From: an uncultured cyanobacterium
Lineage (GTDB): Bacteria > Cyanobacteriota > Cyanobacteriia > PCC-6307 > Cyanobiaceae
NCBI GenBank assembly: GCA_963765575.1
Contig: CAVXWZ010000005.1
Location: 109,629 to 173,628 of the forward strand
Direction: 5' to 3'
Length of the DNA stretch: 64,000 bases
The notes under the pieces are model-generated. The model saw only the letters and a list, made by a program, of their open reading frames with translations. It made no database searches and was not told the origin of the DNA. Of this stretch, positions 9,342 through 20,941 are shown piece by piece. Made by a program: the position numbers and the translations under genes. The number at the start of each line of letters is the position of its first letter. The stretch's first letter is position 1.

Positions 9342-10901
9342 ATGGACGACAAGACGCTGCCGGTCCCGGGCACCCCGGCCCTGAGCAAGGTTGAGCAGGC
9401 CAAGGCCGAGCTCTGTGGCCTGGACCTGGAGCCCAGGCTGGCGAATCTGGCCGCCCAGGGCTGGCAGGCCCTCGATGAGGCCACCCTCACCATCCGCCTG
9501 AAGTGGTTGGGAATCTTCTTCCGTCCCGTGACACCCGGGCGGTTCATGCTGCGGCTGCGGACGGCCAACGGTGTGATCCGATCCGAGCAGTTGGCGGTGC
9601 TGGCTGAGGCCGTGGACCGCTGCGGGGAGCATGGCAGCGCCGACATCACCACCCGTCAGAACCTCCAGCTGCGGGGCCTGTTGCTGGAGGACATGCCTCC
9701 CCTGCTGGCGGAGATGGAGCGGGTGGGGCTCACCTCACGGCAGTCGGGCCACGACAACCCGCGCAACATCACGGGCAATCCCCTGGCGGGCATCGACCCG
9801 GAGGAGATCGTGGACACCCGGCCGCTGGTGCAGGCGATCCAGAACACCCTGCTCGGCGCCGGCGGGCCCCGCAACCTGCCTCGCAAGTTCAATGTGGCGG
9901 TGGGCGGAGCTGCCGACAGCTTCCTGCTGCACAACGACCTGGCCTTCCTCCCCGCCGAGCGCGATGGAGAGCAGGGCTTCACGGTGATGGTGGGCGGCTT
10001 TTTCTCCGCCCAGCGCAGTGAGCTGGCCATCCCCTTGGGCCTGTGGCTGCGGGCTGAGCAGTTGCCAGGGTTCACCCTGGCGTTGCTGTTGCACTACCAG
10101 GAGCACGGCAACCGCCAGCAGCGCAACAAGAGCCGTCTGATGTATCTCATCGACCAGCTCGGCCTGGAGAGCTACCGCGAAGCCGTGCTGGCGGCCTGGC
10201 GGCAGCAGGTGGGTGACGGGGCCGTGGCGCCTGCCCATGACGGCTCCCACCGGGTGAATCGCGCCCCGCGGGATGGCCTGGGGGTGAACGCCCAGAAACA
10301 GGCGGGCCTGCACTGGCTGGGGCTGCACGTGCCGATGGGACGGCTGGATGCCGCCGCCATGGCGGAGTTGGCGCGCCTGGCCCGCACCTACGGCAGCGGC
10401 GAACTGCGCTTCACCGAGGCCCAGAACGCCCTGATCGTGGACGTGCCCAGCGAGCAGCTGGGCGCATTGCTGGCGGAGCCCCTGCTGCAGGGTCTGCGGC
10501 CCGAACCGTCCGCCCTGCAGGCGGAGGCGGTGAGCTGCACCGGGAATGCCTACTGCGGCTTTGCCCTGATCCCCACCAAGGGGAAGGCCCAGGAGGTGCT
10601 GGAGCAGCTGGAGCAGCGGGTCGAGCTGCCCCATGCCGTGCGCATGCACTGGACCGGCTGCCCCAATGCCTGCGGCCAGCCCTTCATGGGCCAGATCGGA
10701 CTGATGGGCGCCAAGGCACGCAAGGACGGCGAGATGGTGGAGGCCGCCAAGATCTTTCTGGGCGGATCGATGGGAGCCGAGCCGAAGCTCGCTGAACTCC
10801 ATGGCCAGGCGGTGCCCCTCAGCGACCTGCCCGATGTGCTCGAAGCGTTGCTGGTGGAGCGCTTCGGGGCACGGCGCCTGATCAGCGCTCCCGTCAGCTG
10901 A
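9342..10901 (+). CDS. nirA: Ferredoxin-nitrite reductase
   Basis: DITTRQNLQLRG, NLPRKFNVAV, SCTGNAYC and HWTGCPNACGQ siroheme/4Fe-4S ligands. Confidence 0.97.
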   Translation: MDDKTLPVPGTPALSKVEQAKAELCGLDLEPRLANLAAQGWQALDEATLTIRLKWLGIFFRPVTPGRFMLRLRTANGVIRSEQLAVLAEAVDRCGEHGSADITTRQNLQLRGLLLEDMPPLLAEMERVGLTSRQSGHDNPRNITGNPLAGIDPEEIVDTRPLVQAIQNTLLGAGGPRNLPRKFNVAVGGAADSFLLHNDLAFLPAERDGEQGFTVMVGGFFSAQRSELAIPLGLWLRAEQLPGFTLALLLHYQEHGNRQQRNKSRLMYLIDQLGLESYREAVLAAWRQQVGDGAVAPAHDGSHRVNRAPRDGLGVNAQKQAGLHWLGLHVPMGRLDAAAMAELARLARTYGSGELRFTEAQNALIVDVPSEQLGALLAEPLLQGLRPEPSALQAEAVSCTGNAYCGFALIPTKGKAQEVLEQLEQRVELPHAVRMHWTGCPNACGQPFMGQIGLMGAKARKDGEMVEAAKIFLGGSMGAEPKLAELHGQAVPLSDLPDVLEALLVERFGARRLISAPVS

Positions 10902-10943
10902 GGTCCCTTGTCCGCCAGGCTGGCCTGGCTGGAGCTTTCGAGC

Positions 10944-12384
10944 ATGGCCATCGGCCCCCACCCTGATTGCCGTGGTTCGAGGCTCAAGCCCGCACCGACA
11001 GCCCCCGCCGTCCCCCTCCAACACCCCGCCCCCCCCGGTGTGGACCCCGGTGATCTGCCCAGCGGCACCGATCCCTTGCGCTGGCCGTGGCTGCAGCGGC
11101 TCAGACGCTGCGAGAACCTCGATCTCGAATCCTGGCTGCAGGCGCTGGAAACCGGGACGCTGGAGCTGCAGAGCGATCTGCTGGCGGTCCTGGCCGAGCG
11201 CCTCGATGGTCCGGCCGAGCTGAGGCTGCTGCGCTGCTGGGCCCGCCAGGCGGACTCCGACCCCGGGCTGCTGGCTCTGCTCGGCCGCCATCGCCATCCG
11301 GCCACCGCCGCCTGGCTGCTGGAGCAGCTCAGCCCCGGCCCGGCAGCTCAGGCCGGCGGCTTCCGCCCGCAGAGCGCCGCAGCCCTGCTGCCACTGCTGG
11401 GCCATCAGCGCCGGCGCGAGGCCTGGCCGGTGCTGAACAGCTGGCTGCAGGCCCCCCTGGCCCGTGGCCTGCGGCGCTCGGCCCTGGAGGGCCTGGCCGT
11501 GGGCCTGCCGGCCTGGCCCCGGCGCCCCCTGGCCCTCTGTCTCGAACGGCTGGCCGGCGACCTCGATGGACAGTTGGCGGCAGCGGCGGTGGATCTGCTG
11601 GCACGGCTGCCCCGGGCGCGCCGGCACCTGGTGCCACTGGCCCGTCGCCCGCTCGAGCCGGCGGTGGAGCTGCGCCTGCGGCGCCGCCTGGCCGCCACAC
11701 CGGCCCAGCCCCTGCTGCTCGTGGTGCATGGCCGGGCCGGTGGCGAGATTCCCGCCGAGCTGGCCGACCTGGCCGCTGCGCTGGAACAGCGGCGCCGGGC
11801 AGCGGTGAGGATCCAGGCGCTGACCGCGGCGGCACCGCCCGCCAGCCGCTGAGCTGCTGGGGGCCTCCCGAGGCCTCACCCTGGTGCCCCTGCTGCTGCT
11901 GCCGGGCGGCCACGTGCGCCAGGACCTGCCCGCCATCGTGGGCCACTGGTGCGGTCTCACCGCCGTGCAGCGTCTGCCCTTTCTGGGGGCGTGGCCCAGC
12001 TGGCAGCGAGCGCTGCGGGGGGAGCTGCAGGCTCTGGCCACAGCCACCTCCACAGCCACCTCCACAGCCACAAACAACGCCACCGGAGCCCCATCAGCCG
12101 CGACGCAGAAGCCGCCGCTGCTGCTGCACCACCCCATCGAAGGTCGCCTGGCCGAGCGCTTCCTGGCCCAGCTGGAGCGGGCCGTGGGCGGTCGCTGCCT
12201 CGCCACTCCATACAGTGCCGACCACCTCGCGGAACTGGCGCTGACCCTCGCGGCCCCGGCCCTGCCCCTGGCGCTGGCGACCAACCGGCTCACGGATCGG
12301 CTCTCCTCTCTGGTGGGGCCGCCGCTGCTGCAGCGGCCCAGCCTGCGTCAGCTGCTCCTCGATGAGCTGGAGGCCCTGCCGTGA
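10944..12384 (+). CDS. HEAT-repeat plus CbiX/SirB-type chelatase domain protein, split by a frameshift near 11840
   Basis: Leu/Ala-rich helical repeats, then LLLVVHGRAGG (CbiX first His). The second frame continues LTLVPLLLLPGGHVRQDLP and LLLHHP. Removing one C at ~11840 joins the frames. Start uncertain. Confidence 0.75.
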
Positions 12385-13205
12385 CCAACGGCCTCGGCCC
12401 GGCTGGCCTGGCGTCCCTTGGCACTCTGGAGCCTGTGGGCACGGTGTATCTGGTGGGCGCCGGCCCCGGCGATCCGGAGCTGCTCACACTGCGGGCCCAT
12501 CGCCTGCTCACCCAGTGCGACGCCCTGGTGCACGATGCCCTGGTGCCCCCGGTCCTGCTCAACCTGGTGCCCGCCGGCTGTGAGCGGCACTTCGTGGGCA
12601 AGCGCCGCGGCCACCATGCGTCACCCCAGCCCAGCACCAACGCCGTGCTGGTGGCGTTGGCCCGTCGCCACCGCTGCGTCGTGCGCCTCAAGGGTGGCGA
12701 CCCCTTCCTGTTCGGCCGCGGCGGCGAGGAGGCCGCCCACCTGGCTGCCAATGGTGTGCCGGTGGAGGTGGTGCCGGGGGTCACGGCGGGCATCGCCGCC
12801 CCCGCCTACGCCGGCATCCCGGTCACCCACCGCAGCGCCGGCTCCAGTGTCACCTTCGTGACCGGCCATGAGGAGGTCGACAAGCAACGTCCCGGTGTCG
12901 ACTGGCGCGGGCTGGCCCGCAGCAGCGACGGTCTGGTGATCTACATGGGTCTGCACAACCTGCGCCGCATCGCCGAGGAGCTGTTGGCGGGGGGACTGGC
13001 CGACGACACGCCGGCCGCGATCATCCAGCAGGGCACGGTGCAGGGCCAGCGGCTGCTGCTCAGCCCCCTGGCCCAGCTGGCCGAGCGGGCGCTGGCGGGG
13101 GGGTTCGCCTCCCCCTCGATTGTGGTGGTGGGCAAGGTGGTGGCCCAGCGGGTGGGCGCCTGCGCCCCCGTGCCGGCGACGGTGGAGATGCCGATTCCTC
13201 TCTGA
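12381..13205 (+). CDS. cobA: Uroporphyrinogen-III C-methyltransferase
   Basis: VYLVGAGPGDPELLT, VRLKGGDPFLFGRGGEE, VPGVTAGIAAPAYAGIPVTHR. Confidence 0.96.
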   Translation: MTNGLGPAGLASLGTLEPVGTVYLVGAGPGDPELLTLRAHRLLTQCDALVHDALVPPVLLNLVPAGCERHFVGKRRGHHASPQPSTNAVLVALARRHRCVVRLKGGDPFLFGRGGEEAAHLAANGVPVEVVPGVTAGIAAPAYAGIPVTHRSAGSSVTFVTGHEEVDKQRPGVDWRGLARSSDGLVIYMGLHNLRRIAEELLAGGLADDTPAAIIQQGTVQGQRLLLSPLAQLAERALAGGFASPSIVVVGKVVAQRVGACAPVPATVEMPIPL

Positions 13206-13330
13206 ATGCCGCCCGATGCCGCCCGCGCTGAATCGTCCTCGCTGTGGCGCTGAGCGCCGTTGAGCAACCAGGGCCTGATGAACAGAACCTGATCACGACA
13301 GTGAAATACGCTGGACCAGTGTCGGCTTTG

Positions 13331-13344
13331 GTAGTTCTTGCCAC
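13331..13344 (+). promoter_or_regulatory. NtcA-like box upstream of the cupin gene
   Basis: GTAGTTCTTGCCAC, 13 of 14 bases identical to the nirA box. Confidence 0.6.
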
Positions 13345-13408
13345 GGTCGCAGAGGCCGGCTCTTCGGTTCACTTAGGTATCTCCACCCACGGCTTCCGGG
13401 CCTCCCCC

Positions 13409-13966
13409 ATGGCTGCCATCCCCCTGCGCCGCAACCCCGAGTTGGGCGACAGTCAACCTCCGGCGCCGGCCCACCCCGTGCGGCCGGCGCCGATGTTCGA
13501 GTTGATTCCCTACGAGCGCTTCCGCGATACCCCCAGCGTGCGCTTCTTCGACATCACCGTGGCCGCGTCCAACGCCCGCGACCTGGTGGTGCATTCCGGC
13601 CCGGCCGTCTCCCCCCCTGACGCCGACACCGGGGCCTGGCAGTTCTATCTGCATCCCCACCAGGAGGACAACCTGCTGGCCCTGCATGGCGGCCGCACCT
13701 TTTTCCTGGTGAACTTCGGCTGGAACTACCCGTTCCACATCGTGAGGCTGGACACCGGCGGCGACATCCTGCGCATCCCCCCCGGCACCTTCCACCGCTC
13801 CGTGTCCGACCCGGAGGGTTCGGTGGTGCTCAACCAGGCGGTGCGGGAGGAGAACGCCAGCCTGGTGCGGGAATTCCGGGTGTACAACAGCAGCCGCATC
13901 CCGCGGCTGTTCGCCACCACCTGCAACACCGCGCCGCTGCCGAAGCTGCACGGGCTCAACTGGTAA
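13409..13966 (+). CDS. Cupin-fold conserved hypothetical protein
   Basis: FYLHPHQEDNL and LRIPPGTFHRS are cupin metal motifs 1 and 2. Alternative start at 13493. Confidence 0.8.
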   Translation: MAAIPLRRNPELGDSQPPAPAHPVRPAPMFELIPYERFRDTPSVRFFDITVAASNARDLVVHSGPAVSPPDADTGAWQFYLHPHQEDNLLALHGGRTFFLVNFGWNYPFHIVRLDTGGDILRIPPGTFHRSVSDPEGSVVLNQAVREENASLVREFRVYNSSRIPRLFATTCNTAPLPKLHGLNW

Positions 13967-13994
13967 GACCCCCGCGACTTCAGGGGCCGGGCGT

Positions 13995-14924
13995 TCAGGG
14001 GCTGGTCTGGAAGGCCGTGACGTCCACCCCATGACCTGCCGACACCACACCGGTGACGTTGTGGGCGGCATCGAGCATGTCGGCTTCGATCGTCCAGTCG
14101 AGCGTGCTGTGCACCCCCGGTGGCCCGGAGAAGCTGCCGGTGACCGCGGCGGTGAGCTCGGGCTTGGATGAGGTGGCCAGGGTGATGTAGCGGTCGTCAA
14201 TGATGCCGATGCCGCTGGGGTCGACCCCGCGCCAGCCGGCGCCTGGCAGGTACACCTCGGCCCAGGCATGCAGGTCGTAGCGCTGCGGCTTGGGCTCCAC
14301 CAGGTGGTAGCCACTCACGAAGCGGGCGGGCAGCCCCACACAGCGGCAGGCTTCCACCATCAGCATCGCCAGGTCGCGGCAGGAGCCCACCCGCTCTTTC
14401 AGGGTGCGGCCGGCGGGCCAGGCCGGACCGGTATGGCGCTGGGTGTACTTGACCCGATCCTTAATCATCTCCACCAGCTGTTGCAGGAACAGCAGGGCCC
14501 GCTGATCGCTGCCCATCAGCGCCTCCTGGGCCAGGTCCACGGCCGCCGGATCGTGCTGGCCGTTGGGTAGCCAGCCGTTCAGGGATCCCATCAGGTCACC
14601 GTTGAGGTGGCCCACCGGATAGGGCAGATGGGGTTCGTTCTCCTCCAGGCAGGCCTGCAGCAACGGCGGCGTGTCCGTCTCCACCACGCTGGTGGAGCGC
14701 ACCTGGAAATCCTGGTTGTCGCCCTGGAAGCGGGCCCGCAGGATCTCGTCACCGCTGGCGGCCACCAGCGGATAGAGGCGTGACGGCTCTGGGCTGATCT
14801 GCAGCTGGAAGTCCACCAGCTTCTGGAAGCCATGGCCGCGGGGCTTGAGGCAGAAGCGGTGGGGGCCGAGCAGCACCGGGGCGCTGTAGTGGTAGGTGAA
14901 GGTGTGGGTTACGCGAGCACGCAT
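13995..14924 (-). CDS. Transglutaminase-like protein with bacterial transglutaminase N-terminal domain
   Basis: GSCRDLAML (Cys), ARFVSGY, LHAWAEVYLPGAGWRGVDPS (His/Asp). Confidence 0.93.
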   Translation of the reverse strand: MRARVTHTFTYHYSAPVLLGPHRFCLKPRGHGFQKLVDFQLQISPEPSRLYPLVAASGDEILRARFQGDNQDFQVRSTSVVETDTPPLLQACLEENEPHLPYPVGHLNGDLMGSLNGWLPNGQHDPAAVDLAQEALMGSDQRALLFLQQLVEMIKDRVKYTQRHTGPAWPAGRTLKERVGSCRDLAMLMVEACRCVGLPARFVSGYHLVEPKPQRYDLHAWAEVYLPGAGWRGVDPSGIGIIDDRYITLATSSKPELTAAVTGSFSGPPGVHSTLDWTIEADMLDAAHNVTGVVSAGHGVDVTAFQTSP

Positions 14925-15910
14925 GCCGGATCGGTACTGGCCGGTTGGAGGGAGACCAAGTCGTCGTCGCCGGTGGCGATGAAGTAGCGCCGCTCAATCA
15001 GTTCATGCAGCCGGTTGAGGTCGCCCTGGAGGGCATCGATCGACTCGTGCAGACCGCTGGCGATCAGATCCTCAATGTGGGTGTAGCTCCAGCGGCCCAG
15101 GGTGATGCCGCTGAGGCATTCCAGGTCGTCGGGCACCGCCGGCACCGCCTGCCCGCGCACGATGTGCAGGGTTTCGTGGATGCGCTGCAGGCAGTAGCGC
15201 ACCGAGCGGGGGAAGATCGGATTGAGCAGCAGGAAGGCGGCCACCTCCTGCGGTTCGATCGCCTGCTGGCGGGCCTGCCGGAACATCTGGTAAGCGCCGG
15301 CGCTGCGCAGCAGGGAGATCCATTGCAGTTCATCCAGCACGCCACCCACCTCATCGGGGGAGGGCAGCAGCAGGAAGTACTTCACATCCAGGATCCGGGT
15401 GGTCTTGTCGGCCCGCTCCAGCAATCGCCCCAGGCGGCTGAACTGCCAGGAGAGGTCGCGGCTGAGGGTGGCATCGGTGATGCCGTAGAAGAGCTGGCAG
15501 GCCCGGCGGATCTCGCGCAGCACCTCCTGGGGCTGCTGGCGCCAGAAGCCCTCGTTCTCCTGCAGGGTCCAGTAGATGTCGTTGATCTGCTCCCACATCT
15601 CCGTGGTGATCACCTCACGGATCTGGCGGGCGTTCTCGCGGGCGTGACGGATGCAGTTCATCACGCTGCTGGGGTTGGCTTCCGCCGACACCAGGAACTC
15701 CACCACCTCGTCGGGCGTGCCGCGGGGATAGAGGGTGTCGAACAGTTCGCGGTCGCCGCTGGCATCGATCAGTGGCAGCCAGGGCTCGGCGCTGCCCGGT
15801 GGGCAGTCGAGGGCCATGGCCTCGCTCACCTCCACGAAGCGGGAGATGTTCTCAGCCCGCTCCACATAGCGGTTGATCCAGTAGAGCGAATCGGCGACGC
15901 GGCTCAGCAT
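14909..15910 (-). CDS. Alpha-E domain protein (DUF403)
   Basis: MLSRVADSLYWINRYVERAEN, ARENARQIRE, GRLLERADKTTRILDVK, FPRSVRYC (ER motifs). Confidence 0.93.
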   Translation of the reverse strand: MLSRVADSLYWINRYVERAENISRFVEVSEAMALDCPPGSAEPWLPLIDASGDRELFDTLYPRGTPDEVVEFLVSAEANPSSVMNCIRHARENARQIREVITTEMWEQINDIYWTLQENEGFWRQQPQEVLREIRRACQLFYGITDATLSRDLSWQFSRLGRLLERADKTTRILDVKYFLLLPSPDEVGGVLDELQWISLLRSAGAYQMFRQARQQAIEPQEVAAFLLLNPIFPRSVRYCLQRIHETLHIVRGQAVPAVPDDLECLSGITLGRWSYTHIEDLIASGLHESIDALQGDLNRLHELIERRYFIATGDDDLVSLQPASTDPACVLA

Positions 15911-17343
15911 GAGGGCTCTCCCACGATCCAGGTGTCCTTGCAGCCTCCGCCCTGGGAGGAGTTCACCACCAGTGAACCGCGCCGCAGGGCCACCCGGGTG
16001 AGGCCCCCCGGGCTGACCCACGACCCCTTGCCCCGCAGCACGTAGGGCCGCAGGTCCACGTGGCAGGGGAACAGCTCGCCCTCGCTCAGGGATGGCACGG
16101 TGGAGAGCTCCAGGGTGGGTTGGGCGATGTAGTTGCGCGGCCGGGCCTTGATCTTCTCAGCAAACTCGGCGATCTCCTCCGCTGCGGCATGGGGGCCGAT
16201 CAGCATCCCGTAGCCGCCGGCCTCCGCCACCGCCTTCACCACCAGGTCCTTGAGGTGGGCCAGCACGTAGGCCTGGTCGTCGGGCCTGGAGCAGATGTAG
16301 GTGGGCACGTTCTCGATGATCGGCTCCTGGCCCAGGTAGTAGCGGATCATCTCCGGCACATAGGCGTAGATGAGCTTGTCGTCGGCCACGCCGGTGCCGG
16401 GGGCGTTGGCGATCGCCACCCGGCCGGTGCGGTAGGTCTCCATCAGCCCCGCCACCCCCAGCACCGAGTCGCTGCGGAACACGGTGGGATCGAGGAAGTC
16501 GTCGTCGATGCGCCGGTAGATCACATCCACCAGCTCCAGGCCGGTGGTGCTGCGCAGCCACACGCGGCCGTCCTGCACCACCAGGTCACGGCCCTCCACC
16601 AGCTGGATGCCCATCTGCTGGGCCAGGTAGCTGTGCTCGAAGTAGGCGCTGTTGTAGACCCCGGGGGTGAGCAGCACCACGTTGGGGGTTTCGGTCCAGG
16701 GGGCCAGCTCGCGCAGGGACTGCAGCAGGTGCGAGGGGTAGTCGTCGATCGGCTGCACCGTGCGCCCGGTGAACAGGCTGGGGAACATGCGCTTCATCAC
16801 GCGCCGGTTCTCCAGGAAGTAGGCGACTCCCGAGGGGCAGCGCAGGTTGTCCTCCAGCACCCGCCAGGTGCCCTGGCCGTCGCGCACCAGGTCGAGGCCG
16901 GAGACGTGGCACCACTTGCCCAGGGGCGGCTTGAACCCCAGCAGCTGGGGACGCCAGCCCTGGGAGCTGACCACGTCCTCCCGCGGCAGTACGCCGTCGT
17001 TGAGGATGCGCTGATTGCCGTAGACGTCAGCCAGGAACAGGTCGATGGCCTCCAGTCGCTGGACCAGGCCGCGCTCGAGGGTCTGCCAGTCGGCGCTGCT
17101 GATCAGGCGCGGCAGCGGATCGAAGGGCAGGATCCGCTCCACCCCCCGCTCGTCGGAGTCGTTGAGGCGGAAGGTGGCCCCCAGCCGCTTGAGCAGGTTG
17201 CTGGCCGCGGCGTGGTTGCGGTTGAGCTCGGCCAGCCCCAGCTGGCCGAGGGAGGTGAGCAGTGGCCGCAGGGTGCTGCGCGGCTCGTCGAAGGCGCTGA
17301 AGTACTCGTCGTAGCCGCGGCGGGGGCGATAGTCGGTGAACAT
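15904..17343 (-). CDS. Circularly permuted type 2 ATP-grasp protein
   Basis: VLEDNLRCPSGVAY, NSAYFEHSYLA, VIYRRIDDDFLDP, NAPGTGVADDK, GGLTRVAL, VVNSSQGGGCKDTW. Confidence 0.95.
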   Translation of the reverse strand: MFTDYRPRRGYDEYFSAFDEPRSTLRPLLTSLGQLGLAELNRNHAAASNLLKRLGATFRLNDSDERGVERILPFDPLPRLISSADWQTLERGLVQRLEAIDLFLADVYGNQRILNDGVLPREDVVSSQGWRPQLLGFKPPLGKWCHVSGLDLVRDGQGTWRVLEDNLRCPSGVAYFLENRRVMKRMFPSLFTGRTVQPIDDYPSHLLQSLRELAPWTETPNVVLLTPGVYNSAYFEHSYLAQQMGIQLVEGRDLVVQDGRVWLRSTTGLELVDVIYRRIDDDFLDPTVFRSDSVLGVAGLMETYRTGRVAIANAPGTGVADDKLIYAYVPEMIRYYLGQEPIIENVPTYICSRPDDQAYVLAHLKDLVVKAVAEAGGYGMLIGPHAAAEEIAEFAEKIKARPRNYIAQPTLELSTVPSLSEGELFPCHVDLRPYVLRGKGSWVSPGGLTRVALRRGSLVVNSSQGGGCKDTWIVGEPSC

Positions 17344-17367
17344 GGCTGGCCAGGGCGGCACCTGGGG

Positions 17368-17410
17368 ATCATCCGAGAGCGGCCGGGGGCCGACTGGTGT
17401 GGGTTGTTAC
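17368..17410 (-). promoter_or_regulatory. NtcA-type promoter of the ATP-grasp operon
   Basis: Minus strand GTAACAACCCACAC (17410-17397), about 23 nt, then GATGAT; lies in the 83-bp gap after ureC. Confidence 0.55.
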
Positions 17411-17426
17411 GAAACCCGCATCCCCC

Positions 17427-19148
<1,722 letters not shown>

Positions 19149-19211
19149 GGGGTGGGCGGCGGTGAGTCGCGGCGGGCGTGGGGGGCAGGCGAGCGGGCTG
19201 ATGCGGCGCAG

Positions 19212-19529
19212 TCAGTCGAGGGGACCGTTCACCAGGCCGTTGAACCCCACCACCCGACGGGCGCCGGCGAAGGGCACCAGATTCACGCTGCGGCTGTCGC
19301 CCGGCTCGAAGCGGATCGCCGTGCCGGCCGGGATGTCCAGCCGCAGCCCGCGCGTGATCTCGCGGTCGAACGCCAGGGCGCTGTTGGCTTCATGGAAGTG
19401 GAAGTGGGAGCCCACCTGCACCGGCCGGTCGCCGGTATTGGCCACCACCACGCTGGTCACCGGGCGGCCGGCGTTGAGCTCGATCTCGCCGGGCTCGGGG
19501 ATCAGTTCGCCTGGGATGAGGGGCGGCAT
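19212..19529 (-). CDS. ureB: Urease beta subunit
   Basis: [30 protein letters not shown]. Confidence 0.98.
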   Translation of the reverse strand: MPPLIPGELIPEPGEIELNAGRPVTSVVVANTGDRPVQVGSHFHFHEANSALAFDREITRGLRLDIPAGTAIRFEPGDSRSVNLVPFAGARRVVGFNGLVNGPLD

Positions 19530-19564
19530 CGGTGCGGTGCAGCGGTTGGGGCCTGGAGGGGACG

Positions 19565-19867
19565 TCAGCGGATCGGCTCGTGCAGGGTCACCAGCTTGGT
19601 GCCGTCGGGAAAAACGGCCTCGATCTGCACCTCCGGCACCAGCTCAGGCACCCCCTCCATCACCTGCTCGCGGCCCAGCCAGCCACTGCCCTCCTCCATC
19701 AGCTGGGCCACGGTCTTGCCGTCGCGGGCACCTTCCAGCACCTGGAAGCTCAGCCAGGCCACCGCTTCCGGGTGGTTGAGCCGCAGGCCGCGGTGGAGCC
19801 GGCGCTCCGCCAGCAGGGCGGCGGTGACGATCAGCAGCTTGTCCTTTTCCTGGGGTGAGAGGTGCAA
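19565..19867 (-). CDS. ureA: Urease gamma subunit (TTG start)
   Basis: (M)[12 protein letters not shown]...LNHPEAVA...[20 protein letters not shown]. Confidence 0.96.
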   Translation of the reverse strand: MHLSPQEKDKLLIVTAALLAERRLHRGLRLNHPEAVAWLSFQVLEGARDGKTVAQLMEEGSGWLGREQVMEGVPELVPEVQIEAVFPDGTKLVTLHEPIR

Positions 19868-19890
19868 TCGTCCTGGGGTGAGAAGTGCAT
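19848..19890 (-). repeat. 23-bp-period duplication of the ureA start
   Basis: ATGCACTTCTCACCCCAGGACGA followed by TTGCACCTCTCACCCCAGGAAAA. Confidence 0.9.
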
Positions 19891-19928
19891 CCTGGACCAG
19901 CCTGGCAGCGCCGCCGGGCCCGGCCGGT

Positions 19929-20840
19929 TCAGAGCGAACCACCATGACTCCAGGGATCCTCCTGGAACGGCCACACCCGTGGCAACTGGGGTGGGCTGAG
20001 CCGGCGGCACTGGCGGGTCAGCGCCCACAACCGCGTGAACCAGTAGCGGGCAGCCTGGCTGGAGTCGCCGCGGTAGCGGGCGATCAGGCCCTGGTCCAGG
20101 CAGCCCACCGCCATGTCACCCTCCAGCCCCTCGCGGGCGTGGCGGCCCGCGACGGCCAGCGCCGCCAGCTGCTGGGCCGGCAGTCCATCGGGGGCGGCCC
20201 ACACCAGCGAGCCCAGCACCGGCTGGCCGCCCATGCCGTGGGGACTGGCCAGGGCCTCGCCGTCCAGGCTGAGGTGGTCCACCAGCTCCCAGCGGCGCTG
20301 GCCGTGGGGCCCCAGCCGCTGGATCTCCAGGCTGGAGCGCCAGCAGCCCGACCCCAACCCCTCGCCGGCGGCACTGCGGCCCAGCCGCACCACATCCACC
20401 CCCAGCCAGCTCGCCCCAGCCGCCAGCTGCACCCGGCAGCTCTGCTCAAACAGGCCATCGGCGTAGAGCACCAGCTCCTGGGGCAGCCACTCCAGATCCG
20501 CCCCCTCCTGCAGGTCCACCCGCAGGCTCTGGCGGGCCCAGCGCGGCCTGGTGTGCTCGCTGCGGAAGCGGCCCACCGAGCCGTAGACCTTCTGGGCGGC
20601 CACGGTGGTGAGCAGGCCGCGGCTGTCGGCGAGAGCCTCCAGCGTCAGGTCGAGGTCGTCGCCGCCCACCAGGCCCCCGGCCGTGTGCAGCAGGGGAAGT
20701 TGCAGGCGCCGGTCGGGGCCGGGGAAGGCCCGCTGCCACTTCAGGGGCGCCGTGGCGCCAGCGCGGTAGCGGCCCGGTTGCGGATCCAGCCGCAGCCAGG
20801 CGCGGGCTTGCCAGCCGGCGAGCGCTTCAGGCGACGGCAT
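19929..20840 (-). CDS. ureD: Urease accessory protein UreD
   Basis: [40 protein letters not shown]. Confidence 0.93.
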   Translation of the reverse strand: MPSPEALAGWQARAWLRLDPQPGRYRAGATAPLKWQRAFPGPDRRLQLPLLHTAGGLVGGDDLDLTLEALADSRGLLTTVAAQKVYGSVGRFRSEHTRPRWARQSLRVDLQEGADLEWLPQELVLYADGLFEQSCRVQLAAGASWLGVDVVRLGRSAAGEGLGSGCWRSSLEIQRLGPHGQRRWELVDHLSLDGEALASPHGMGGQPVLGSLVWAAPDGLPAQQLAALAVAGRHAREGLEGDMAVGCLDQGLIARYRGDSSQAARYWFTRLWALTRQCRRLSPPQLPRVWPFQEDPWSHGGSL

Positions 20841-20941
20841 CGGCAGGCACGGGCGCTGATCCACTCTTCCAGACCCTGGCAGAGCGGCGCGGCCCCATGC
20901 TGAGATCGGGGCCCACGGCCTGCGTCCGTCCCGGCAACGTC

